Shown here: positions 25,964 to 37,245 of the stretch, piece by piece | How positions within the stretch are numbered: position 1 is the first letter of the stretch | Layout: each line of letters opens with the position of its first letter | Origin: Escherichia phage UB | Sequence record: MH383160 | DNA: 64,000 nucleotides | Direction: 5' to 3' (one strand) | Made by a program: the position numbers and the translations under genes | Notes under the pieces: model-generated | The model's database searches: none | Seen by the model: only the letters and a program-made list of their open reading frames with translations | Told to the model about the DNA's origin: nothing

Positions 25964-26800
25964 TCATTTCGTATCCTTCAATTTACTAAAGTTTTCTCGT
26001 GTAAATCCAGGAACTGGAAAATATACATCACAGTCAACATCAGGATTCATAATTACCATGTCATTACATATTATATCACGAATTTTACTGCCGTCCACGA
26101 TTTTTTGCATTAAATCATTCCATTTTTTACGAGAAATAACGAATGTACTAATTATACATAAATCATGTCCACGTTTTGAAATATATCCTAGTACTTCATT
26201 ATCGTAAACAACACGTATGGTAACTTTTCCAATTGTAACCCCTCTTACTGGATTAATACTAGTATCTTCAAAAATTAATTCTAATTTAAGTTTACCATTC
26301 GAAATAAGTGATGAAGTATATCTAGAAACCATTTTATCAATTTCTTGAGTCAAATCATCTCTATTTAGATATTCAAATACAGAATAAGTTAATTCGTCTG
26401 CACCTAGTTCTTGGATAGTTGGAAGCTGTGCCACCATATCCAAAGATACAGGTTCGATATATATTCTTTCAATATCAGAAGATTGTACAAATAGACAACC
26501 ATCAGGTGTCGTATCTCTAACAATTTCGGCATAATATGTATAAAGATAAAAAACATTAGACTCTGATGAGTCAGTTTCTACCCAAATCTCAGATTGTTTC
26601 ATTTCATCTTTATGAAGAATTCGTTGAGTAAATCCTATGTAAAAACCAAGATATAAATCATCATCAGTTTCAAACGGATTAAACATCAAATACGGATATT
26701 TGTCAAGGTACTCATTGAACTTACGCTGTACATCTCTATCACAATCCATGATATACTTTAGGAATTCAGAAATGATTATTTTTTCTAATGACATAATCAA
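25964..26800 (-). CDS. Hypothetical protein (278 aa)
   Basis: Long ORF; no recognisable motif. Confidence 0.5.
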   Translation of the reverse strand: MIMSLEKIIISEFLKYIMDCDRDVQRKFNEYLDKYPYLMFNPFETDDDLYLGFYIGFTQRILHKDEMKQSEIWVETDSSESNVFYLYTYYAEIVRDTTPDGCLFVQSSDIERIYIEPVSLDMVAQLPTIQELGADELTYSVFEYLNRDDLTQEIDKMVSRYTSSLISNGKLKLELIFEDTSINPVRGVTIGKVTIRVVYDNEVLGYISKRGHDLCIISTFVISRKKWNDLMQKIVDGSKIRDIICNDMVIMNPDVDCDVYFPVPGFTRENFSKLKDTK

Positions 26801-26980
26801 TCCTCAAGATGCATGTAGTACATAAACATCGCCAACCATATAAAAAACCCGAAACAACGAAGTAAAATATCAATTGTTGGATCTGTCCCACCATTAACTT
26901 GGTAAACGATTACTGGGATTAAAGCAATAGTAATAGATACAGCACATAAGATGAATGCAACAAACACCTCAAACATAAAC

Positions 26981-27553
26981 TTAATCGTTTCCATTATTAT
27001 CCTTCAATGTGTAGTGTAGTACATCTAAAAAGTTATACATTGATTCATTACGCACAACCTTGATTGTTAAATTACGACAACCCAACATACGTTTGAGGCG
27101 ACGCTTCACCGCAGTTAAATCATGTGTACTATTCGTATACAGACCATTAACCTGACCTGGAACAGTTGGCACATGAAGAATGTAATCATAATTCATTAGT
27201 AAGCGTTGATTATATTTCTTTAATGCTTGCTTGTATTCTGAAATATTTTCAAAGAATGTACAATAACGGTCGTAACGATTCATTTTATTCAAAATTGAAA
27301 TACGAAAAGCGTTACCACTATTCCAATCATCTTCAGTTGGGTTTGGGTTGATATGTGCCATGTTAGCTGTACTGTACCCACCACTTGTGAAAACTTCAGA
27401 ATATCCATTCTCAAAAACATACAATGTTGCTTTGTGGCCTCTGAATTTTTTACGGTACTTTGACAGTACTTGAATGTGATTACGCTTGGACTTGTACATC
27501 TCGTAACCTTCATAATCTGAACTGAATTCACAAATTTTATCAACACCAGCCAT
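26981..27553 (-). CDS. Hypothetical protein (190 aa)
   Basis: ORF with GAGGA RBS and consensus promoter immediately upstream. Confidence 0.5.
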   Translation of the reverse strand: MAGVDKICEFSSDYEGYEMYKSKRNHIQVLSKYRKKFRGHKATLYVFENGYSEVFTSGGYSTANMAHINPNPTEDDWNSGNAFRISILNKMNRYDRYCTFFENISEYKQALKKYNQRLLMNYDYILHVPTVPGQVNGLYTNSTHDLTAVKRRLKRMLGCRNLTIKVVRNESMYNFLDVLHYTLKDNNGND

Positions 27554-27585
27554 TTCGTATATCCTCGTTTAATTAATATAGGAGT

Positions 27586-27614
27586 ATTATACATACTCCA
27601 TTTTCATGTGTCAA
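27586..27614 (-). promoter_or_regulatory. Consensus sigma-70 promoter (TTGACA-N17-TATAAT)
   Basis: Both hexamers are perfect consensus on the minus strand. Confidence 0.6.
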
Positions 27615-28084
27615 GCTTTATAATACGGAAGACTTTTTACTAAAGATTCAGACGTATTATTTTTTACCCATGTACTACCGTTGTCATTAGATACGTATCC
27701 AGTACCATTAATAAATTTACGCATAATACCAGTAAAAATATTAGTATACACCATTACTCAGTATCCTTTGGTTTAGAATGTAAACCATACTTTTCATCAT
27801 AACGATCATAGGTAGTACCATTAGTACTAGCTTTGATGCTTTCAGTACGATTGATTGGTTCAATCTTAACACCACGATAACCAATCTCTTCTTTAAATTG
27901 TTCCCATGATTCACGTAGACTCATTTTAGCCCCTTTTGTTATTTCATACACTCACGTAGGTCAATCTTTTCTACTGACCCACCGAGTACTAGATAGTGAA
28001 AATTAGAATCTTTGTTTGCCATATTCAAAAGATCTGCTTTCTGTTGAAGCGTAAAGCGTGAAGTACTGTTACGTACTGGCATAG

Positions 28085-28528
28085 TTACTCCTTAAAGTAG
28101 ATATCACGAATTTGTTTAATCATCTCTAACTCTTGAAGTCCTATCATACCAAAGTCTTCTTGTATTGTCAACTGCTGAAAGTACATTTCTTCTAAATTAT
28201 TGTACGGAATCTCAACAAGATTCAAAGGCTCACTTTCCACACGATAAATTGTATCTTGTACATCATGTTTTTCGATATGAATACTAAATGTATCTTTTTG
28301 AATTCTAAATTTATAAAATGTTTGATTTGTTGTAAACAAACCAACTTTAGGATGGAATCCCATTTGAATACACAAACAATCTTCATCCTTATATTTCAAG
28401 TATATAGCTTTTGACGTTGCTAGTACTTTAGATTTTGGGAAATAAAAATCACCCATCAGCTTCTGACGTTTCCAGTCCTCATATACAACTGGATGCTTAA
28501 CCTTCTTCAATTGGTGCAGTACTGTCAT
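28085..28528 (-). CDS. Member of C-terminal EExFFQxS-motif paralogue family
   Basis: C-terminus LEEMYFQQLTIQEDFGMIGLQELEMI. Confidence 0.55.
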   Translation of the reverse strand: MTVLHQLKKVKHPVVYEDWKRQKLMGDFYFPKSKVLATSKAIYLKYKDEDCLCIQMGFHPKVGLFTTNQTFYKFRIQKDTFSIHIEKHDVQDTIYRVESEPLNLVEIPYNNLEEMYFQQLTIQEDFGMIGLQELEMIKQIRDIYFKE

Positions 28529-28907
28529 AGTTTTTTCCAGTCCAATGAATCGAAATCGATTTGTTCAGGATTATCAACAGCGACAACTCGTGCATTATGA
28601 AGAGTTTCAAAGTAGCCGTTCCACGGTGTACGTACTGGAATTTTTTCATCTCCAATTTTTACAAAGAAAGAGAATTCACATGACATTGGATCAAACCATT
28701 CTTTATGTTTGGCTTCATCGATTATTGTCGCACGTTCGTTACTATATGCATCATCGAGTTTCTTAAAGAATACCCAATGCTCTTTCAAAGACTGTAATGC
28801 TACAACTGCCTCATCCTTTGATTCCCATTGAACATCCAATGTATTGGTAACTGAATCTTCAGTTTCAGTGTCCCCTGTAGTGTAATGTACTTCAATGCTG
28901 TATTTCA

Positions 28908-29363
28908 TTAATCATCGCCTTTTAGTAATTTACAAATTTCAATCATATGATAATAACATGTATTCCAAAATTGTCCATTAGTACTTCCAACATCATGCAC
29001 AGTACTTTGTTGGAAAACATATTCATCGTTGAACATCATTTTAATATCATCAATGTAAAATTCTGGTTTTGAATCATTATTGTATTCAATACTCGTTTCA
29101 CCATCTGGATCAAGTGAAATTGATGATATGTCGTGAATTCCTCTCGGATTTGTTGGATAAATTCTCAACGTAAGAGGATAGAAGTCTGGATCGGTTTCAT
29201 AAGTATATTCGATTATGTAATAACCATCACCAGTAATTGATTGATATTTAAATGTAGTTTCAATTGAATTTGAGATGTTAAATCCCAGTTTCTTTATCTC
29301 ATCTACATGAGATAATATTTTATGTAAAGTTCCTAAAACATGAATCAAATTATCAATTTTCAT
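28908..29363 (-). CDS. Member of C-terminal EExFFQxS-motif paralogue family
   Basis: C-terminus NDEYVFQQSTVHDVGSTNGQFW. Confidence 0.55.
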   Translation of the reverse strand: MKIDNLIHVLGTLHKILSHVDEIKKLGFNISNSIETTFKYQSITGDGYYIIEYTYETDPDFYPLTLRIYPTNPRGIHDISSISLDPDGETSIEYNNDSKPEFYIDDIKMMFNDEYVFQQSTVHDVGSTNGQFWNTCYYHMIEICKLLKGDD

Positions 29364-29902
29364 TTACGAACCTTTGAAAAGTTTAGTTTAAAAGATTTAC
29401 CAAATTCCATTGTAGCTTTACCCAGATTGTTAATATTTTCCTTTAACATTTCTTGCATCTTATTCATACTTTCAATCCAAGCTTCTTCTTCGATACGAAG
29501 AATTGGTCGCAATCGTTCCTGAATATCGATAAAACGTGTATTGAGTTCTACTAATGATTCATATGTGAAATCTTTCATGTCGATAATAGTACTTCGTTGA
29601 AAGAATTCTTCTTCGGATAAATTACTTAAAATGATTTTATCACGACCAATAGATAATGTCAATTCATCATCTTTATTTTTTTTAATTACAATACTAACAG
29701 GTGTTTTTAATGTAATGCAAATATCATGATTATTAAATGTTTCAGTTTGGTTTGACATTCTGAATTGAAGTTTCCCAGATAAAGCATGTACTGGTGATGG
29801 TTTCTTTTTACCAGTAATAACATCTTCCCATGAATCGAGAATATTATTAATAATTTTAACATAAGGAATTGGCATATATGCACCTATGAAAAATCCACGC
29901 AA
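29360..29902 (-). CDS. Member of C-terminal EExFFQxS-motif paralogue family (with C-terminal extension)
   Basis: SEEEFFQRSTIIDMKDFTYESLVEL. Confidence 0.55.
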   Translation of the reverse strand: MRGFFIGAYMPIPYVKIINNILDSWEDVITGKKKPSPVHALSGKLQFRMSNQTETFNNHDICITLKTPVSIVIKKNKDDELTLSIGRDKIILSNLSEEEFFQRSTIIDMKDFTYESLVELNTRFIDIQERLRPILRIEEEAWIESMNKMQEMLKENINNLGKATMEFGKSFKLNFSKVRK

Positions 29903-30399
29903 TGCGTGGATTTGTAATTATTCAAGTATAGTAATTTCAATTAAACGAATTTCGATAAACTCGTTTTCAGTTTCCCATGACGTGCCAAATTTCTTTTCAA
30001 GTTCAGATTTCACATCACTTTTAAATTTTCCCATAGTATTAGGAATAATTTGTTTGGTTAATTTGTCGTAACCACAATAAAACATAGGTTTCTCCCTTCG
30101 AGATATTAGCTGAACAAAATCTTTTGGATATGCAGGTATGTTATGCATCACTTCATGAATACACTCAGTACTTGAATCTTGTACTTTGTACATTACATTA
30201 AGTTTACCTCTGAAATTTGCGGTCATATCAACAATAGTTCCTTTACCCGATTTAAGTAAAGTTCCATTCTTTGAATGAGAGCAATAAAATACCTCATCAC
30301 CAATATTAGGATAATACAAATTAAATTCTAATTCAGATTTTACAGCCAGCCGTTTGAAACTTTCTGTACGTTTTATATAAGTTTGGTATTTGTTTATGT

Positions 30400-31260
30400 T
30401 CAAAAGAATATCTCTCTTAGTAAATGTGATATAACTGGCATAGTCCATCCATTCCCAAGCATTTTGTATGCTTGTGTCTTACTAGACACTTTAAAGAAAT
30501 CTTCAGGAACACCCTGTAATTTACAACATTCTACTACACTTAAGTGTCTATAGTCAATATTTCTTTTGCCATTCTCTAATAGATATTGACGACTGATCAC
30601 TGGGTCACGAAACACCAATTGTCGTCTGGATTTATTAAAGTACTGGTTACAATCACCACCTTTAAAATAGTTAGCATCTATACAGTACGAAGCGGTTCTG
30701 TCAGTGTACCAACCATCTTCAATAATATCTTGAAGTTTAGGTGCATTGGATAATGCAGGTGGTATAAAAAGCTTATCAGTACTGTACCAGTAATATCTCT
30801 GCCTGAAGTGAGGCGTATAATGCTGGGAGTTTATCAGTACTGGCGTGATTCCTAAAATACTATTAATGTATTCTTTGAAATCTTCTTTCATTTTAACATT
30901 TTCAAACAGAAATTTCAAGTTAGGATTAAGACTTTTGATATGATCAAAAATTTCAACCATTACTAAAAATAACTGCCCACGTATATCATTTAAACCACCC
31001 TGTTTACCTGCAACTGACCAGGCTTGGCATGGGAAACCACCCATTAATAAATCTATTTTGTCCCACTCAATATCCCATTCTCTCCACTTAGTTACATCAC
31101 CCAATTGGATAATATCAGGAAAGTTAGATTGAGATTCAGCTATTGCGTACTTATCAATTTCGGATGAATAATATTTTTCAACTGGGATACCAGCATCTTG
31201 CAATGCCATATATCCCACACTCATTCCATTAAAAAGAGAAAGTACTCGGATAGGTTTCAT
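30400..31260 (-). CDS. DNA (cytosine-5)-methyltransferase (286 aa)
   Basis: Motif I-like LSLFNGMSVG; motif IV GGFPCQAWS; motif VI FLFENV; motif VIII-like QHYTPHFRQR; C-terminal LGNGW. Confidence 0.75.
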   Translation of the reverse strand: MKPIRVLSLFNGMSVGYMALQDAGIPVEKYYSSEIDKYAIAESQSNFPDIIQLGDVTKWREWDIEWDKIDLLMGGFPCQAWSVAGKQGGLNDIRGQLFLVMVEIFDHIKSLNPNLKFLFENVKMKEDFKEYINSILGITPVLINSQHYTPHFRQRYYWYSTDKLFIPPALSNAPKLQDIIEDGWYTDRTASYCIDANYFKGGDCNQYFNKSRRQLVFRDPVISRQYLLENGKRNIDYRHLSVVECCKLQGVPEDFFKVSSKTQAYKMLGNGWTMPVISHLLREIFF

Positions 31261-31917
31261 ATAAAATCCTTTTTATATTGTTAAGGTACTATAATATATT
31301 ATAGCATCTTATTTAGAAATCTTCCAAACTTTTTTCATCACACCATCGTGATGTACAGATGATTGCAGATGCCAGAATTGAAGCACTTGCACGTCCTCCA
31401 CCGAGTAAGTACTGGCTAATTACGCCAATCATATTGAACACTTTATCATACTCGGTTAGTTGTTCAAAACCTTTCTTCCAATGCTGATATTCTTCTTCTG
31501 TGACATTAAACTCACCATCAAGTTCCTTTAAAATCTTTTTAAGCACAGCACTATGTTCACTCATCATCATCTCCATATCGTTCGTCATAAAAATCATCAT
31601 CACGATCTAATGGTTCTTTTGGCTTTTCAGACATATATTTCCTCACATGGTAAAGGTATTATCACCATCCATATCTTCATCAGTTGCTTCAGCTAATGTC
31701 TTGATTGTAAGTAATCCACGCTTCACGTACAACATGAAGACCTTTTCATAATTACCAAACATAATCTCAGGTGACATGTAATTCTCTGTTACAATGACGA
31801 TTGGACGGCCCTGTGAAAGCATACGAAACATAGTACGATATTTGTCAAATGTGCGAAATTCATCCATGTTCATCATGTGGCGTTTACGAACTACTTTAGT
31901 CATCTTAATACCTTTAG

Positions 31918-32358
31918 TTAATTGAACTCTACTTCTGGATAATGATTATAGAACATCTCACGAACTGCGTCAAGATGTTCTTGAAATTGTTTTATATCTT
32001 CTAATGATGGTGCATCAATAACAGTACTAAGTTGAAACAACGATTCTTCTGTGTTATATAGTGACATATCAAATGAGTTATTGTTGTCATCAGTTATGAT
32101 ATTATCACAAATTTCGTATGTGTCAATACAAACATCATCAAGTGTTGTATTATCATATACAGTGTATACGAATACAAAAATAAAAGAAGAATGTTCTTTA
32201 CCATAACGCGGTGGGTCATATGTCACATAGCATTTGTGGTCAAATGTATCGAGTTCCATAGACACCACCCCAGCTTCACGATATTCATTAGTTTCACTGG
32301 TAAGATCCGGTATTGATGTTATCGAAAGTAAGTGGAGAAATTTACTTGGATTTAGCAT
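31918..32358 (-). CDS. Member of C-terminal EExFFQxS-motif paralogue family
   Basis: C-terminus TEESLFQLSTVIDAPSLEDIKQF. Confidence 0.55.
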   Translation of the reverse strand: MLNPSKFLHLLSITSIPDLTSETNEYREAGVVSMELDTFDHKCYVTYDPPRYGKEHSSFIFVFVYTVYDNTTLDDVCIDTYEICDNIITDDNNNSFDMSLYNTEESLFQLSTVIDAPSLEDIKQFQEHLDAVREMFYNHYPEVEFN

Positions 32359-32813
32359 TTCACCACCATTGGATTTTGCGACTGTATATTAAAAAGGGAT
32401 AATACAAAAGTACTCAATTTTTCGAAACAATCTACTAATACATTTAACTCATCATAACTAACACCAATTTCACGAATAAGCGATTGTTGAAAGAATCCTT
32501 CTTCGGTTAACGTTAAACTACTAACCTCAGTTATGTTATAATAACTTTGGGATGTTGTGGTTGATATTAGTTGTATTGCAATCGTATCTGATGTTGTGTT
32601 GTACAGATATAAATATTTTGTTTTTCTTTCCAATGGATCTATACATGAAAGATCGATCATGTCATAGGTTTTTCCAATAAAAATATTACAATCATCTGAC
32701 AATTCACAACAAATGCGTATATGTTCTTTCGGGTCATGAACACGTTGTGTGTCAAATTCACATGACATTGCAATTTCAAAATGATTTTTTATTTCGTCAA
32801 CATTCATCTGCAT
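32352..32813 (-). CDS. Member of C-terminal EExFFQxS-motif paralogue family
   Basis: TEEGFFQQSLIREIGVSYDELNVLV. Confidence 0.55.
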   Translation of the reverse strand: MQMNVDEIKNHFEIAMSCEFDTQRVHDPKEHIRICCELSDDCNIFIGKTYDMIDLSCIDPLERKTKYLYLYNTTSDTIAIQLISTTTSQSYYNITEVSSLTLTEEGFFQQSLIREIGVSYDELNVLVDCFEKLSTFVLSLFNIQSQNPMVVKC

Positions 32814-33181
32814 CCACCATTAATTCTTATATTTGTATAGTTTAATGCTTTTTTAATAATACCAATTTCTGTAATTCCTATTACATTTTTCTCAATCAAT
32901 GACAATTGGAATAGTTCCTCTTCGGAAATATCAATACTGTGGATTCTTGTACAATAATCGTTGAAGTCATATACATATCGTATTGTATAGTCGTTTATAG
33001 AAACTGATACAATTGCAATCCCATCATGGATGTAAGTTAGTTCATTTGAGTATCTATTAAAAATTAACCTATCTGGTGAACCTATTGGTAGTTGAAATGT
33101 ATTTCTAGTATCTTGAACAATAACAAAATCATCATCTATATTTTTACTCAGAACACCCAAAATATCATATATAGTAGTCAT
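32804..33181 (-). CDS. Member of C-terminal EExFFQxS-motif paralogue family
   Basis: SEEELFQLSLIEKNVIGITEIGII. Confidence 0.5.
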   Translation of the reverse strand: MTTIYDILGVLSKNIDDDFVIVQDTRNTFQLPIGSPDRLIFNRYSNELTYIHDGIAIVSVSINDYTIRYVYDFNDYCTRIHSIDISEEELFQLSLIEKNVIGITEIGIIKKALNYTNIRINGGCR

Positions 33182-33182
33182 G

Positions 33183-33587
33183 TTATTCTTTACCTTCAGC
33201 AGTTCTGATAATTTTCATAACTTCTCTGGATAGTGCGTATATTTTTTTATAGTACTCAAATGTAACTGAACCAAAATCATTAATAGTACTAGCCATGAAG
33301 AACGATTCTTCTGTATATAGTTCATTTGACAAAGCAACCAGTTCTTGGTGAAATTTTGCGTCCTTCCAATAACGAAATTCAAAAACAAATTGTCCGTCAT
33401 GACCGACTCTACAACATTCAGAACGATCACTGTCTACACAGCTAAACACAATATCCCTTTCAGAGTCGTACCAGATATTTCCAATATTTGTTTCAATAAC
33501 AGCATAATCAATTTTTTTAGAATTTGGAATTAAACCTTTTTTCACCAGCACTAAACTGGTATTATCAATATCTAGTAAACTTACCAT
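33183..33587 (-). CDS. Member of C-terminal EExFFQxS-motif paralogue family
   Basis: TEESFFMASTINDFGSVTFEYYKKI. Confidence 0.55.
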   Translation of the reverse strand: MVSLLDIDNTSLVLVKKGLIPNSKKIDYAVIETNIGNIWYDSERDIVFSCVDSDRSECCRVGHDGQFVFEFRYWKDAKFHQELVALSNELYTEESFFMASTINDFGSVTFEYYKKIYALSREVMKIIRTAEGKE

Positions 33588-33588
33588 A

Positions 33589-33999
33589 TCAATTCCCCAT
33601 TACTAAAGTGTTTTTAATCTCCAACAATTCACTATACATATTCTTCAATTGTAATATATCTTCAAAAGTAATACCACCAAGATCATCAACTAATGAACGT
33701 TGGAATAAAGATTCACTTGTTTGTAATGTATCTAAATCGGTGATTTTTAATAAAGAACTTGGATTAAGTGTTTCGACTAGTAGTATGTTTTTGTATGGTA
33801 CATATGTGATCTTGATGTTCTTTTTATAATTAATCTTATAAAATCGCATAATTGACGATTCATCACTTAGTTGGATAATTGGGTCGTCTTGTTCATTAGA
33901 CCACCATACAGTACTAGTCATATGATTGACGTGGTGGTTCAATTCTGATATGTCCAAATCTAAAAAATATTTTAGTTCATTGTGTAAATCTAAACTCAT
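33589..33999 (-). CDS. Member of C-terminal EExFFQxS-motif paralogue family
   Basis: SESLFQRSLVDDLGGITFEDILQL. Confidence 0.55.
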   Translation of the reverse strand: MSLDLHNELKYFLDLDISELNHHVNHMTSTVWWSNEQDDPIIQLSDESSIMRFYKINYKKNIKITYVPYKNILLVETLNPSSLLKITDLDTLQTSESLFQRSLVDDLGGITFEDILQLKNMYSELLEIKNTLVMGN

Positions 34000-34054
34000 A
34001 AATTTATCCTCAATGCAGCATCATCATGTATTGTAGGATAAACCCACAATAATG

Positions 34055-34450
34055 TCAAGATGTGAAATAATTATACCAGTAATATAGTTCTTTTAATTCT
34101 TCAGTACTGAACAATACTTCTTCTATTGTAGATTGTTGAAAGTGATATTCATCATTTAGATACATAGAAATATTACTATATACTTTCCTATTGTATTGAC
34201 ATAAAAAAGAAGTTTTTTGATTAATGTATTCAGTAAATGTTAATTTATCTAACTCAATATCGAATGATAATTTAATAATATGACTATTATCATTTACATA
34301 CATTAGTTTCTTTGAAAAATGATCAATTGTAATATATTCTTTATGAGAGAACTGAAATATATTATTAAATTTATTACCATTTGTGCTTCTAAATTTTTCA
34401 AGGTAATAAGAAAGTGGTTTAATTATTGAAGTTCCAATATTGTTCTTCAT
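34055..34450 (-). CDS. Member of C-terminal EExFFQxS-motif paralogue family
   Basis: NDEYHFQQSTIEEVLFSTEELKEL. Confidence 0.5.
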   Translation of the reverse strand: MKNNIGTSIIKPLSYYLEKFRSTNGNKFNNIFQFSHKEYITIDHFSKKLMYVNDNSHIIKLSFDIELDKLTFTEYINQKTSFLCQYNRKVYSNISMYLNDEYHFQQSTIEEVLFSTEELKELYYWYNYFTS

Positions 34451-34470
34451 ATATCCTCAATTTTAGATAA

Positions 34471-34496
34471 GAAAAATGCCCCGAAGATCGGGGCAG
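34471..34496 (-). terminator. Intrinsic terminator (minus strand)
   Basis: Hairpin TGCCCCGA-AGA-TCGGGGCA with flanking A5 (T5 on the minus strand). Confidence 0.55.
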
Positions 34497-34610
34497 TACT
34501 AAAATGATTTTGTACCAAAAGGGGAATAAGAACAAAATGAAAATATAATAACGCATCATTATTATGTAAGGGAGGAAAGTAACATGATATGTTAACCATT
34601 TCTGGTATAT

Positions 34611-35162
34611 TTATTTATCATTTAATTCTTTAAGTTGGGTTTGTATATCTTTAGTTATATTTCGAATTTTCTTAAAGCAATAAACACTATCGTCCAATTC
34701 GATTTTAAGTTCATGTGTAAATGCATACAGAAGTTCAGCAAATACTAAATCTTGACGCATCCAGTTTCCATCTTTATATAAAGTCATTACACAATATGGG
34801 CATTCACTATTAGAAGTTTGCTTTCCAATAAAAACACTTTGAATTGATTCATGCTTAAAGCCAATAAAACTTTCATTTATTTTTTTAATTTCAGTACTGA
34901 TATCGAATTTAGCACTGGTGTTGATTGCAAAAATTTTATTCCCACTTTCATCAGTATTGATATTGAGTTCAATATCACTACCTAGTTTACGTACTGCTAG
35001 AGTATAAAGAAGTAATTCATACATGTCGTAACTTGTTACATTACCATTTGGTGCAATTACATCAACACTAACACCGTGCATTTTTACTTCTGTATTAAAT
35101 CCATCTTTATCAGAAAGAAAATCAGTGATTTGCTTTGTAAGGATTTTAATTTGGTCTATCAT
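34611..35162 (-). CDS. Hypothetical protein (183 aa)
   Basis: ORF; no recognisable motif. Confidence 0.5.
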   Translation of the reverse strand: MIDQIKILTKQITDFLSDKDGFNTEVKMHGVSVDVIAPNGNVTSYDMYELLLYTLAVRKLGSDIELNINTDESGNKIFAINTSAKFDISTEIKKINESFIGFKHESIQSVFIGKQTSNSECPYCVMTLYKDGNWMRQDLVFAELLYAFTHELKIELDDSVYCFKKIRNITKDIQTQLKELNDK

Positions 35163-35215
35163 ATTTCATTTCCTTATGTGATAAAAGCCTCCATAATGGA
35201 GGCTTTTGTATTTAC

Positions 35216-35644
35216 TTAGAGAGATTCTTCGTATTCAGCAACAATCCCAACCATTTCATTAATGAACTTGATGTGAGAATGTGTCACTGTACGGAAATCG
35301 TAAACAAGTGACTGTTGGAAAAATACATCTTCATCAAGAGAACCATCAAAGTTCAAATCAATGTTTTCATCGTCATTGCTTGGTGCAACTTTAATATTCA
35401 GAAGATTTTCATCAACTGCAAGTTTTACAACACAACCCAGTGCAATGGCAAGAACATATGCTGGTTTCTTAGCTTTTTCATTACGGAATGGTGCACGTAG
35501 AGCACAAAAAGTACTGCTAATCTCATCATTCGGTTCTTTGTATTTAACATTGACCATTAGTTCTTCGATTTTGACGCTCTCAATAACACGACCAGTTTCT
35601 GGAGCGAAGAAAGAATGTTCACGGATAGTTTGTTCGATATTCAT
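35216..35644 (-). CDS. Member of C-terminal EExFFQxS-motif paralogue family
   Basis: DEDVFFQQSLVYDFRTVTHSHIKFI. Confidence 0.55.
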   Translation of the reverse strand: MNIEQTIREHSFFAPETGRVIESVKIEELMVNVKYKEPNDEISSTFCALRAPFRNEKAKKPAYVLAIALGCVVKLAVDENLLNIKVAPSNDDENIDLNFDGSLDEDVFFQQSLVYDFRTVTHSHIKFINEMVGIVAEYEESL

Positions 35645-36963
35645 ATATTATTCCTTATTTAGATTGCTAAAAATACGAAGATTGCGGTTTGCTTTAAACT
35701 GTTTCAAATCACCAAATCTATCATCAACGATGAAAGTTGCTGATTTCTTTGACTGACATATTGTACAAATCAACATACCTTGTATTGTATACTCAGTTGA
35801 GCAATTTGTACAGTACTTTTTTTCATAAAGTTCAGTACTCATAAAACCTTCACATCAGTACGTTTTTCTCTTTGTTCTTTTTTAACCTCATCAGTTCTAG
35901 TATCTTCTAATTGTAACACAACTTCTTTTAGAATGTCAACATCAATTGTTGCTTCTACATATTGATAGTCGTTTACACCAAAAACATACTTTACTGCAAC
36001 CCATACACGGTTATACCATTTTAAAAAAGGATTTAAACGCATACTTATCAGACATTGACCAAGTTTATCATCTCCATATTCCTCTGTCAAGTCAAATTGT
36101 GCAATGTGAACGCAATGCTCCATTTTATCGCCACAAGAACAACGTAAAATATACTCTTTACTATCTTCACTCATACTGGATAAGCCTTTAAAAATTGTTT
36201 AAGAACTCCAAACTTAGATGAATCGTAATCGTATTGATAGTTAAGCTCTCGCTTATCATTCATACGATACACCATATGAAAATTTGGATAACCAATTCTA
36301 ACAGGTTTTTTAGGATTAGCAAGTAAAATTGCCCATTCTTTTACAGGAAATACGTTTTCAGACAGCATTTTGATATTTGTTTCAAAATACTTCATGGCTT
36401 GCTTTCCGTGCTTGTAATCTTCTTCACTAATCTCTTGACAATCAATTCTATGTGTTTCGGTATCTAACACCCATTGTTGATCTTCGGTATATAAATCAAT
36501 TACATCATCAATAGTATAACTATCAGGTAAATCATAAAATACCCAATGAGATAAACCAGAACTTACACCAATTCGAATTTTAAAGAACTTCATTCTTTAT
36601 CACCTTTTACATAATTATAACACACGACACAGTGAATTACAAGAAGAATTATTTCCACAATATTAAGAGACAATACATGACTCTGCGGTGTGAAAAGTGC
36701 CAATAACAACATTATAGCAGGTATTGTGAATATTTTCCAAGTTTTTTTCATTTTATTCCTTTGTATATGCATATGGTAAAAATAAAACCTCTGCATTAGG
36801 AATGCATTGTGCCAATCCTTCAACAATAGATTTGTTTTTATTACATTGCCAAACTTTAGTAATTTTATGTCTAAATACTTTTTTATCAACAACAATCCAG
36901 TACATGTCCATTTTAACAGTACTGTTATCAGATGGTGTTAGTAAAGTATCGATGTCATATGTA

Positions 36964-37245
36964 TCAAAGATTTTGTCGTTCATATAATCTCCTAATAAAA
37001 TATTCTCGATTCTCTCTTATATACCCAGATACACAGTTAGTTGTGGCTTGGTTAGTGAATGAAATCTCACTATTGGACACGCCATTTGCATCACACAAAG
37101 GACATATTCCCATGTACTTGGGGGTCGGGTAGGTGTCCAATTTGTATTTTCCATTACATACCATGTACTGCTGTGGCAATACATCTAATATTATTTCATA
37201 TTCTTCATCAAACACCTTGAAGCATACCCAACATTTACCCATCAT
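36964..37245 (-). CDS. Small zinc-ribbon-like protein (93 aa)
   Basis: CWVC ... CPLC cysteine pairs. Confidence 0.4.
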   Translation of the reverse strand: MMGKCWVCFKVFDEEYEIILDVLPQQYMVCNGKYKLDTYPTPKYMGICPLCDANGVSNSEISFTNQATTNCVSGYIRENREYFIRRLYERQNL

